Assembly: GCA_963817895.1 (NCBI GenBank)
Contig: CAWFQB010000002.1
Coordinates: forward strand, 576,001-640,000
Length of the DNA: 64,000 nt
Direction of reading: 5' to 3'
Origin: an uncultured Chthonomonadaceae bacterium
GTDB taxonomy: Bacteria; Armatimonadota; Chthonomonadetes; Chthonomonadales; Chthonomonadaceae
Part shown: positions 51,587 to 60,994 of the stretch, in pieces
Position numbering within the stretch: position 1 is the first letter of the stretch
Layout of the letters: every line of letters begins with the position of its first letter
Notes under the pieces: generated by a model
The model's input: only the letters and a program-made list of their open reading frames with translations
What the model was told of the DNA's origin: nothing
Databases searched by the model: none
Translations under genes and position numbers: made by a program

Positions 51587-52210
51587 ATGCCGACAGAGAC
51601 TATTGCCGATTTAGACAGGGTTCCTATTGTGGAGTGCGGAGAACCGTTGGTGGATTTGCGAACGGCTTGCCCGAATGTGGAAGTCGGTACGCACCCGATT
51701 TTCCTGCGCTCCGGCGCGGCGGAACGCTTAAATGCAGCGCAGGCATGGCTGGAAACGCATCATCCCGGCTACGGTTTGCGCGTTGGCGATGCGTACCGCA
51801 GTTTCGACAAGCAGGCGCGTTTATTTCGCATTGCCTGCCGCGTTTCGCGTCTGCTGCATCCCTTCCGTTCCCGCGCTTATGTCCACGATGCCGCCAATAA
51901 GTACGTCGCCGCGACAGATACAATCTCTCCCCCGCCCCATACGACGGGCGGAGCAGTTGACGTCGGACTGCTCACGCCCAATGGCAAACGCGCCGATATG
52001 GGGCCGTTCACCCTTGCCGCAACCCGCGCCGACTACGTCGAACTCTCTCCCCTTGCCCGATCTCATCGTGAAATGTTGTTCGCCGCAATGGAACACGCCG
52101 GCTTTTCCAACTATCCCGAAGAGTGGTGGCACTGGTCCTACGGCGACAGCGGCTGGGCATGGCGCACTTCTCAACCCTGCGCCTGTTATAACAGGTGTTC
52201 CCTCTTATAG
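51587..52210 (+). CDS. D-Ala-D-Ala dipeptidase (M15/VanX-like)
   Basis: DAYRS, PHTTGGAVD, EEWWHWSYGD. Confidence 0.9.
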   Translation: MPTETIADLDRVPIVECGEPLVDLRTACPNVEVGTHPIFLRSGAAERLNAAQAWLETHHPGYGLRVGDAYRSFDKQARLFRIACRVSRLLHPFRSRAYVHDAANKYVAATDTISPPPHTTGGAVDVGLLTPNGKRADMGPFTLAATRADYVELSPLARSHREMLFAAMEHAGFSNYPEEWWHWSYGDSGWAWRTSQPCACYNRCSLL

Positions 52211-52252
52211 TCAAGGCGATTGTTGGTTGATTTTCGTTCTTTATATAAGAAC

Positions 52253-53653
52253 TCACTTTCCGTCTCGCCGCGTATCTCCTGGATATTTTGGATTCACAAC
52301 TCCGGTTTTAATTTTATAAGCGTAGAAAGATACTAGTGAGACACATACTAATGTTATGAGTACAATTCCTTGATACAACAAACTGGAAGGATTAACCCAC
52401 TTTAACGTCTCAGCAACCACACCCACAGTGGCTATAGTCATTCCAACTAACGCAATTACGTTGGAACGGCGGCGCATAGCAGAGACATCATATTTGATAT
52501 TGGTAAGTGTCTCTTGCACTACTTGAAGGTCTTTACTGTACGAGCGCGGCAGATTCTCTCGTATCCACTCACCATTGAAGACGGTGCTGTATATGCAGTT
52601 ACGCACCTGGAGTAAGCCGTTTTCACTGCGAACAATGCCGGACAGTTTCAGATGAGATTTGACAAGAGATTTTTCCTCGTCTTCGACGGGAATGTTTTCC
52701 AGTAATACCTTCTGGTAGGTTATCAGGGCTTCCTCTTTGTTAGGGGCGCGCAACAACAGCATATCTCGGATAAACTGAAGGTGACTGTCCTGCCGACTCC
52801 CCCTTTCCAGGAATATTTCGTGAACCACTTTATCTATGTCGGCTTCGTTCCAGTGGGCGCAATTCTGCTCACATAGGGCGCGAAATAGTCGTTGCGTCAG
52901 ATACGGATGCCCGCCTGTCCATTCCAGCGCCCATGTCACAACCTGCCGGGTTTGTCGGGAATTAAGGTTGAGGGGCTGCGCCAGAGGCAGTGTCTCTTCT
53001 GCCGTAAAGTCGGCGAGTTCCACGTGCTGTCCGATGTTGAACGGAGTGCGTGAGGGATCGCGGATCAGATCGCCGGGGGTTGCCACGCCGATTAGCACAA
53101 ACGAGAGCCTTTTGAGGTTTTCGTCCGTTGCCCGCGCGTTGTAGGTAGCGCGAATGGCGGCAAAGAAGTCGTCCGTAAAGCCAAGACTCAGGGTTGTATC
53201 TATCTCATCAATGAAGATAACAATGGGCTGGCTGACCTCGACAAGCAGAATCTGCTGAAAGAATTTCATCAGACGCTGTACCGGCCCAAGATCAGACGTG
53301 GTTTTCCACCATGTCAGCACGTCCGTCGAGAGAGGCAACTGCTCTTCTATTTTTATGAGCAGGCCCAGATACCAGGCTTCGGGAGTCACTTGCGTACCGA
53401 TTGCCGTCAGATCAATAATGACCGCCTGCACGTTTTGCTGTTTCAAACGGCGCGCGGTTTCGATCATCAGGCTCGACTTGCCGACCTGACGCGACGACAA
53501 AACATAGGCGAACGTACCGGCGCAGCACAGGTTCAGCAGATGCGTGTCCGCCTGTCGCGCGATGTACAATCCACCACCCGCCTGCACCGTTCCGCCCACC
53601 GTGTAAATGCCGGGCGCAGTTACTCTTTCCGCAATTTGCATTTTGACTCCCAC
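52253..53653 (-). CDS. AAA_35 (STAND-like) ATPase with two C-terminal TM helices
   Basis: YIARQAD, SSRQVGKSSL, IFIDEID, PFNIG, WTGGHPYLTQ; hydrophobic C-terminus. Confidence 0.88.
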   Translation of the reverse strand: MGVKMQIAERVTAPGIYTVGGTVQAGGGLYIARQADTHLLNLCCAGTFAYVLSSRQVGKSSLMIETARRLKQQNVQAVIIDLTAIGTQVTPEAWYLGLLIKIEEQLPLSTDVLTWWKTTSDLGPVQRLMKFFQQILLVEVSQPIVIFIDEIDTTLSLGFTDDFFAAIRATYNARATDENLKRLSFVLIGVATPGDLIRDPSRTPFNIGQHVELADFTAEETLPLAQPLNLNSRQTRQVVTWALEWTGGHPYLTQRLFRALCEQNCAHWNEADIDKVVHEIFLERGSRQDSHLQFIRDMLLLRAPNKEEALITYQKVLLENIPVEDEEKSLVKSHLKLSGIVRSENGLLQVRNCIYSTVFNGEWIRENLPRSYSKDLQVVQETLTNIKYDVSAMRRRSNVIALVGMTIATVGVVAETLKWVNPSSLLYQGIVLITLVCVSLVSFYAYKIKTGVVNPKYPGDTRRDGK

Positions 53654-53683
53654 GTAAAGCCTTCAAACAAAGCGACTGCGAGA

Positions 53684-54784
53684 TCAGGACGCAGGCGGCA
53701 TGTGGTTTTTAATCCAGCGCCCGTCAAAGACCTTTCGGTAAAGGCGGTTGCGGACATAAAGCCAATCTTGTTGACGATGCACGATGCCTGCCAGTTTCAA
53801 ATGGCACTTCAGCAGCGATTGTTCCTCATCCAGCACCTTGCGATCTTGCCTGTAAATCGCCTGGTACATTTGCAGGACGGTAAGGGCGCTTTCCGGATGT
53901 GGCGCGCGCTTGAGCAGCATGTCTTTGACAAAAGAGAGATTGTCATCGCCGCGTCCGCCGTCCTTCATAAATGTTTGGCGTATCAGAACTTCGAGTTCAG
54001 CCGGTGTCCATGCCTGAATCGGAACCTCTGCAATCAGGCGACATAACCTTTGCGTGAGGTGTGGGTGTCCTCCTGTCCATTCCAGCACCCCGCCAAACAG
54101 GTTCGACGCTTCCCGGTCGGGCAACTTCCAGCCACCAGTGAGGGAACACGCTTCTTGCTCGGTGAAATCGGTCAGTTCGATATGCTGTCCAATATCAAAT
54201 CGTCTTACGTTTACGTCGCGCAACAGTTCTCCGGGCGTCGCCACACCAACCAGAACAAAGGCCACGCGCCGCAGGTCGGGGTTTAAGGCGCGGCGGCTAT
54301 GCATCGCTCTGATTGCCATGAAAAAATCATCCATGGAAAACCCCAGGCTTAATATCAGATCAATTTCATCTATAAAGATGATAAGGCGATTAGGAACATG
54401 GGTGCGCAGCAGCTCCTCAAAAAAGTCAATCAAGCGCGGCCCCAGGGGCTTATCCCCGCAAGTGCTCCAAAGTTGCGCCACATTATTGGGAGAGCGCAGT
54501 TGGTCGCTGATCGTCGTTATAAACCCGTTATACCACTCCTCCTGCGTCAACTCCTTCCCAAGCGCCTGCAAATCCAAAAAAACCGTATTCGTGTCGTGAT
54601 TTTGCAGCTGATTCATCGCGCGCACGATCAGGCTTGTCTTACCCACTTGACGTGAAGCGAGGATATGCGCCGAATCCCCGTTAAGACAGTGCTTAAGCAG
54701 TTCGGCATCCGCTTTGCGCTCGATGTACAACCCTCTCTCCGGCGACACAGCCTCCCCAACAGTATACAAGGTTACATCAGACAC
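53684..54784 (-). CDS. Stand-alone AAA_35 ATPase
   Basis: GTG start overlapping the upstream stop; YIERKAD, ASRQVGKTSL, IFIDEID, WTGGHPHLTQ. Confidence 0.88.
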   Translation of the reverse strand: MSDVTLYTVGEAVSPERGLYIERKADAELLKHCLNGDSAHILASRQVGKTSLIVRAMNQLQNHDTNTVFLDLQALGKELTQEEWYNGFITTISDQLRSPNNVAQLWSTCGDKPLGPRLIDFFEELLRTHVPNRLIIFIDEIDLILSLGFSMDDFFMAIRAMHSRRALNPDLRRVAFVLVGVATPGELLRDVNVRRFDIGQHIELTDFTEQEACSLTGGWKLPDREASNLFGGVLEWTGGHPHLTQRLCRLIAEVPIQAWTPAELEVLIRQTFMKDGGRGDDNLSFVKDMLLKRAPHPESALTVLQMYQAIYRQDRKVLDEEQSLLKCHLKLAGIVHRQQDWLYVRNRLYRKVFDGRWIKNHMPPAS

Positions 54785-57424
54785 GAAGATGCCTCCCGAA
54801 ATATTCGGCATACAGGGAACAGCGCGGCACAACAACGCTCTTTTCCAGCCGTACCAATCCCGCCCCACGCAGCCTAAAACTCATCTGCTCGTCATTCAGC
54901 GCACTTTTATTAATTACCAGTCGCATCGCCTTCATCTGATCCGGCTTGTTGGAAAGGCGCAGCAAATGGTAACGCAAGTGATCTCCGAACGGCCCGTTGT
55001 CCAGGGCAGCGGTTTCAAAAAACTCCTGCGCCGTATACCGTTCCTGCGCCAACAGATATAAGGCCCGCCGCGTCAGATAAGGATGCCCTGCCACCAATAG
55101 GTGTAATCGCGCGGCCTGTTCTTCATCCAAAGAGGGCGTATGGAGTTGATTTAGCTGGCGAACCTGATCCAGAGTAAAGTCGCTCAAGTCCACGACTTCG
55201 CCAACATTGAAAGGGGATTGATGCAGATCGTCTATCAATTGGTAGGGTTCGGTAGACGTTACCAGTGCCAGATCCAGTCGTTTCCAGCCGGGATCGCTGC
55301 CCGTCACCGCGCGATTGTTGTGCCAACTGCGCAGCATCGCAAAAAAATCGGCGCGGAAAGTGGTATCAAACACCGTTTCCACCTCATCCATTGCAAGAAC
55401 CACCGGCGCGTTAAGGGAGGGAAGCAAATGTTTTCCCATATAGCGCGTACAGCGTTGATTGTTACTCAACGGCGTATCCCAGTATTCCTGCACTTTGTCT
55501 TCGGCCTGTAGCGCGTCGGTCAGTGTCAGGCAGAACTGCTGGTAAAAACTATTCGCATCCAGAAGCGCGTCGCGTCCAAACAGTTGAAAATCAAGAAAAG
55601 CGACCCGTTTGTCGCGTTCCAGAGCCTCCTGCATCACTCAATTCAACAAGGAGCTTTTCCCTATTTGCCGGGGGCCTTTGATGGTGATCGTCACGCCGGA
55701 ACCGCGAATGGCTTCAATCGCCACGCGGTCAGCTTCACGCGCCACATAGAAAATCGAATCAGCCTGCATCGTCCCTTCAGGCTTTTCCAGCGGGATCGGC
55801 TGCGCGGCAGGGGCAGGCGCGACGGAAACAAGGGAATTGGGCGCGGGATTTAGAACCGGGATTTGCGCCAGTTCCGCGCCTCCGATAGCCTGCATCAACT
55901 GTTGCGCCAGCGCGTCAGTATCCTGTGGCCCGTTCCAAACAGCCCACTGAATAGGATCAAGATAGGAGTTCAGAGGATAGCGAAGGGGTTCCTTATAGCG
56001 CAGGCGTACCGGCAGAATACGCGGCCTGCCTTCGCGCTGCGCGCGGCGATGCGCGATTGCCACCTCCCCGCCCACCATCTCGCTGTTGACCGAGTGTTCC
56101 GAAAGCAATACAATCAGGAAATCAGCCCGTTCCAGTTCCGATTGTATGCGCCCCGCCCAATCCGTTCCTATTTCGATAATCTGGTCAATGAACACGTCAT
56201 GATGCGGGCGCAGAGCGGCGTAAAGTGCGCTCGCCACGCCGGTATCTTCCTCCACATGCCGATAGCTGATAAAGATGCGCACGCGCTTGTTTGCTGCCAA
56301 AGTGGTTTCCGTTGAAGTTGGAGGTTGCGCAGTAATTACGTTGGGCGTAGACTGTCCTGTGGCATTTGTCGCGGGGGCAGTCGCGTTGCTGTTTGTGGCG
56401 GAAGCCTGACCGCCTGTATTGACCGCGCCCGTCTGAACACCGATAGCCGCAACATTTGCCTGTGCAGGATACGTGGTAGACGTGGCGGCAGGAGATTTTT
56501 GCAGCAGGTACTGCGTCAGATGGTTTCGCGCCAGTTTCTCGAACTGCGCCTCGCCATTATACGTCCAGTACAGCCCCTCGGCGGGAAAGCGCCGTTTGAA
56601 TTCCAGCACATGCTTGAATTGATCAATCTCTTCCAGCGAGGTTGGCAAATACGCCTTCTGGTTGAAGTAGACCATGATTTGCGGACGGCCTGTTTCCTGC
56701 CAGGAGTGGTACGCGGTTAAAAATTCGTGTTCCGTACCCGATCCAGCATCCTGCGTAGGTGTCCCGAAGCGTTTCCAGAAAACACCGATGAGGATGTCCG
56801 CGTCCTGAATACGCAGGGAAGTGTCTACAACCCCCTGTGGGCCATACGGAGAAAATCCCGGCGCGGCGTCCGTTTCCCAACGTATCAGTTCAATCACTTT
56901 GCCCTGCGCAGGCGCGATAGTGTGGTTGATACCTCCACCACCCCCGCAAGCAGGTCGCGCTCGGCCTGCACATCGCCGGGGGAAGCAACGACAACGCGCC
57001 ATACCTGGCGCGTTGGCCCCGAAGAAGGCGGCGTAACGGTGGAGGCATTGTCGGAAGTGTTGACGGGAGTAGTTACGTTGCTTTGCGCAGAGGGGAAGGG
57101 ATTAGATACACCTTGTACGTTGCTTCCCTTTTGCGTGGCGGCAGTGGAAGCGCCTTGCTGTCGTAAAGTATGCACGAAGGCATTCAGGCGCTCGTTTGAT
57201 GGATTGATTTCCCACGCGCCTTCAGCCAGTTCAACGGCGCGCCCGCGCGCTACCGCCCACTGTACCAGATCGAATACTGTATCCGCCAAGCTGCCCTGCC
57301 CGACAATGGCGTTCAGGTTCATACCCAGCCGAAACCTGATCAGACGTTCCAATTCCCCGCGCGAAGGATAAGCCGCCAGTAACGCCTCATACAGCTGCTG
57401 AAACTGTTCCGATGTTAATTCCAT
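54777..57424 (-). CDS. EAD1 - DUF4062-like - TIR - AAA_35 multidomain protein, with a frameshift near 56930 and an in-frame TGA at 55638-55640
   Basis: EAD1-like MELTSEQFQQLYEALLAAYPS...FDLVQWA...NPSN; VVVASPGDVQAER...SGTEHE; TIR IFISYRH...SEHSVNSEMVGGE; GPRQIGKSSL, MDEVE, SPFNVG, GHPYLT. Confidence 0.8.
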
Positions 57425-57606
57425 TGTCTGTCTGCCCGCCTCATGCTAACGGCTTGCCCGCCCGTTGATAAAAATACTGCTCATGCAAAGGCTATTATTC
57501 GTCAATCATTGTAAACTATCCTGCAAATTTGCACGACGATTGATTTTGTTTTTATTCCATTCTAATGAGCAAGTAACCCTGTTCTCAATCAGAGGACAGG
57601 GTTGCT

Positions 57607-58582
57607 TTATGCGCTTGCTTCAACAATGCGGCGGGGCGACGAATAAAGGCAAAACGTTGCAGTCACAATATCTTTAAGGACAGCGCTTACTGCGGGTTGG
57701 GACACGTACTCGGTTCGGCAGCGTTTCAGGTAGTTCAGGCCGTGTACCTGGCCGGTCATTTCCAGTTCGCCTTTGTAGACGGGGTCGTGCCAGCCTTCGA
57801 TGTCGATGCTGCCTTTGAAGCCGCCCCGGCGCAGATCGCTGATGATGTCGGTCCAGTTGCTGTCGCCAAAGCCGGGCGTGCGGTGGAAGGCGAACTGTGG
57901 CGGGCCGTGACGCCGTACTCGCGCGACCACGTCCCATAGGACCGTCGCGTCCTTGCCGTGGACGTGGAAGATCTTGTGCACCCATTTGCGCAGTTGCGGC
58001 AGTGGGGTCAATCAGGCTGACCATCTGGTGACACGGCTCCCACTCCAGGCCCAGGTTGTCGGCGGGAACGGCGTCGAACATCATTTCCCAGGCGGCGGGC
58101 TGTGCGCGATATTCCAGTCGCCGCTGCTGCCAGTCGCCGCCCATGTCGCAGTTTTCAAAGGCGATCTGAACGCCTTATCCGCGGCCCGCTTTGCCAGCGG
58201 CCCGAACACTTCCTTGAAACGGCGCGAGGGAGTCGGGAATGGGCTTGCCGCGCAAGCCGCCCCGTAAATCCGGCGACAATGTCCGCGCCGAAAGGGGCGC
58301 GTCGTCAATGGCGGCCTCCCACGCCCGCAGGGTTTCCAGGTCGGTTTCTTCGCCTTCCAGCGGGTTGCCGAACACGGCAAGGGAACTGACAACCGCCTGA
58401 TCGCCCAACGCCTCTCGGACACGCGGGGCCAGTTCTTTCAGGTTCGCGCCGCCGAGCGTCTGCCAGAACGAAATCTGGATACTCTCAAAGCCATGCGGCA
58501 AAATCTGCCGGATGTATCCGGCGCGATCGGCCTGCTTGCCGTCCGCCATCGTGCCGATGCGTATATCCGGCGTGTAGCTCAT
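57607..58582 (-). CDS. Sugar phosphate isomerase/epimerase (TIM barrel), several frameshifts, 3' end uncertain
   Basis: GFESIQI, FGNPL, LEWEPCHQ, HVHGKD, SIDIEGWHD spread over different frames. Confidence 0.75.
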
Positions 58583-58695
58583 GCGATTTCCCCTCATAAC
58601 AGCAGATTATTCTCAACACCGTTCAAGCAGAACAGGGCCGTAGGGACACAACATGTTGTGTCCCTACGCAGTCTTACAGGTTATAATACTGGTTA

Positions 58696-59656
58696 TTAAC
58701 GAGGCGCGTGTTGGCGCAGTTGTTGCCGCCGCGCCTGAAAAATAAGGCTGACAAGGGTTTCCCGCTGCCATGCGGGGAGTTGAACGAATTCGCCCCGGAC
58801 GCGCAAACTCAGGCCGCCGCGCGTGACGATACGTTCACTGGAATGAACTCGCAGATGCAGGAGCGTTTCGCGCATAAGCGGAATATTCAAGCGGCACTCC
58901 AGCGTTGCGCCCTCCTCCCACTGCTCACATAAATGGGCAAGAGTATCGGGACGCTGCGCTCCATCGAGTTCCAGACACAGGCCGCCGCCGGATAAATCGC
59001 GCAGGGTTCCGCGCAACGTTTCCGCTCTGCTTTTACCATGATCGTCTGTCAGCCGTTGATTGCAGCGTGATAGGAGCCTGAAGCGAGACGCGAACATACT
59101 TCCGACGCTGTATGCGGGCCAGCCAGAAGGGGAGTTTCACCACAACGCGCGTTCTGAACGGCTGTTCCGGGTCGGGATCAACGCTGCGCGCTGCTGCCGT
59201 AAAGCGGAACAGTTCACTGTCGCCACTTATCTGCACGGTCAAGGCTTGCCCCACAAAAATCGGGCAATGTCGCTGCCTCGCCGTTTCATCCTCGCGAGTC
59301 AGCGTTTCCGGTTCCATCAGGAGCGTCAAGAACCCACGCTTCAGGCCGATAATTTGCCCGGTGATCGCCCCGTTGCAAGGTGACGCCGCGAAGTTGAAAC
59401 TTGCCTCATTCGCTTCTTCAGAAAGAGAGTTAGAGTGTAACTTAGCCGTGTCTACGCCCACCAAAATACGGAAATTCTGTCCAATACGCAGGGCTTCCGC
59501 AGCCGGAGCGACTTCGCCTGCCGCCATTTGCCGCGCCTGTTTCCAGTACCAGAAGCGTTCGGAAGTGTGCCACAAACTTGCCACAATTAATCCCGCTCCG
59601 GCCAGCAACATTCCCCAGACTACCCAAACTACCCACGTTCCCTCAACGACCTGCAT
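58696..59656 (-). CDS. PilZ-domain (YcgR/flagellar brake-like) protein with N-terminal TM, frameshift near 59040-59070
   Basis: QRRKYVR (RxxxR) and DLSGGG (DxSxxG) c-di-GMP motifs. Confidence 0.8.
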
Positions 59657-59670
59657 GGCTGCGCCCTCCA

Positions 59671-59796
59671 CAAAGGATGAGGGATGAAGGATGAAGGATG
59701 AAGACAATGCTCTTCAGTATTCATTCCTTTATGCAGAAGTGAAACTCTCATAATAGAGAGAATCCTTTCATCCTTCATCCCTCATCCCTCATCCTT
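59671..59796. repeat. Second element with inverted GGATGA(A/G) heptamer arrays
   Basis: caaaggatgagggatgaaggatgaaggatgaagacaatgc ... tcatccttcatccctcatccctcatcctt. Confidence 0.8.
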
Positions 59797-59960
59797 TGTA
59801 TCCGCTTCCATGCGTCGATTTTAGAACTGAAAATCCATTTTCCTTCTTGTTGCGGTACAGACGATTACATTGCAAGATTTGTGCCAAAAATGCGCGAAAC
59901 GCTTTCAAGCAAGCATTTCGCGCATTTTTGCGGGGAGATAAACCCAATCACTATCGACGA

Positions 59961-60712
59961 TCAACATCTTACGGGCAGGACGTGCGCCCGACATCGCCGT
60001 AGATGTAGCCGGACAGCAACAATCTGGCTGGGACGGTGGTATTTGGCGTGGCCGTCCATGAAGGTCACATTGGAGCCGTCAATGTGCCGCGTGGAGATCA
60101 GATTACCGCCCAAGCCATTGACGGGCGGCAGAAAATAGCCATCATCGGTCGAGTCGCCGGAAATGTCATTGGCGTCCTCGCACTCTTCCAGCAGCAGAAT
60201 CCAACTGCTGGTGGTATCGAAAGCGGCCAGCGTTTTGCCGTACACGAACGGCACAGCGGGCGTCGGATTGCCCGTAAAGGCGCAGCCATTAACGGCGTAT
60301 GAGTTGCCGTTAAAGCGGCCTTTGCTGTCATCGGGACACACGAATACCTGTGCGTTCTTGACGTAAGAGTAGATCGCGCCCTGACGCGGATCGTAGCCGG
60401 GAGGCCCATCATGCTGTCTGCCGCAAACTTGTTATAGTATATCCAGCCGCCCTGTTTGCCTGCCGCATCCGCGCCTTCCGCTGCGGACGGCAACTGCTCA
60501 TCGTAATCCTGCACGTACTGAAAAAAAGCCAGACCAAGCTGCTTTTCGTTGCTCAGGCAACTGGTGCGCCGCGCCATTTCACGGGCGCGGGCAAAGGTAG
60601 GAAACAGAATCGAGGCGAGAATTGCGATAATGGCGATGACCACGAGCAATTCAATCAGAGTAAAGGCGGTATTGGGCGTTGGGCGTTGGGCGTTGGGTAT
60701 AGCGTGGCGCAT
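59961..60712 (-). CDS. DUF1559 prepilin-type N-terminal cleavage/methylation protein with H-X9-DG motif, frameshift near 60400
   Basis: [30 protein letters not shown]...CLSNEKQ...[21 protein letters not shown]. Confidence 0.9.
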
Positions 60713-60994
60713 ACAACAGTGTCCTTCCAGCAGAAATCAACTTACAGTGGACTTTTAGAAGCTTGCGATAAGCTCTCAATAGTTTTCAATGCAAACGGCG
60801 GGAGCGGGAACGTCCTCGACTTCATCAACCGCCTACAGTAATGATAACACAGGTTTCAGCCAGCGGCAATCCTCAATAACAGAATACCGGCAACATCTGC
60901 TGTTCTGTCCCCGGCCTGCCCTCTTATTTACTGAATATACAGCAGAACTATAAGAAAATTGTGAAAGCCGCTCATGCGTTTTGGATAGATGGAT

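Noticed and set aside
51587..52210. Vancomycin resistance locus
   Set aside because: A lone M15 D-Ala-D-Ala dipeptidase without vanH/vanA/vanRS neighbours.
55638..55640. Selenocysteine codon or genetic code 4/25
   Set aside because: TGA terminates many other genes normally in this window and the position is not a catalytic Cys site.
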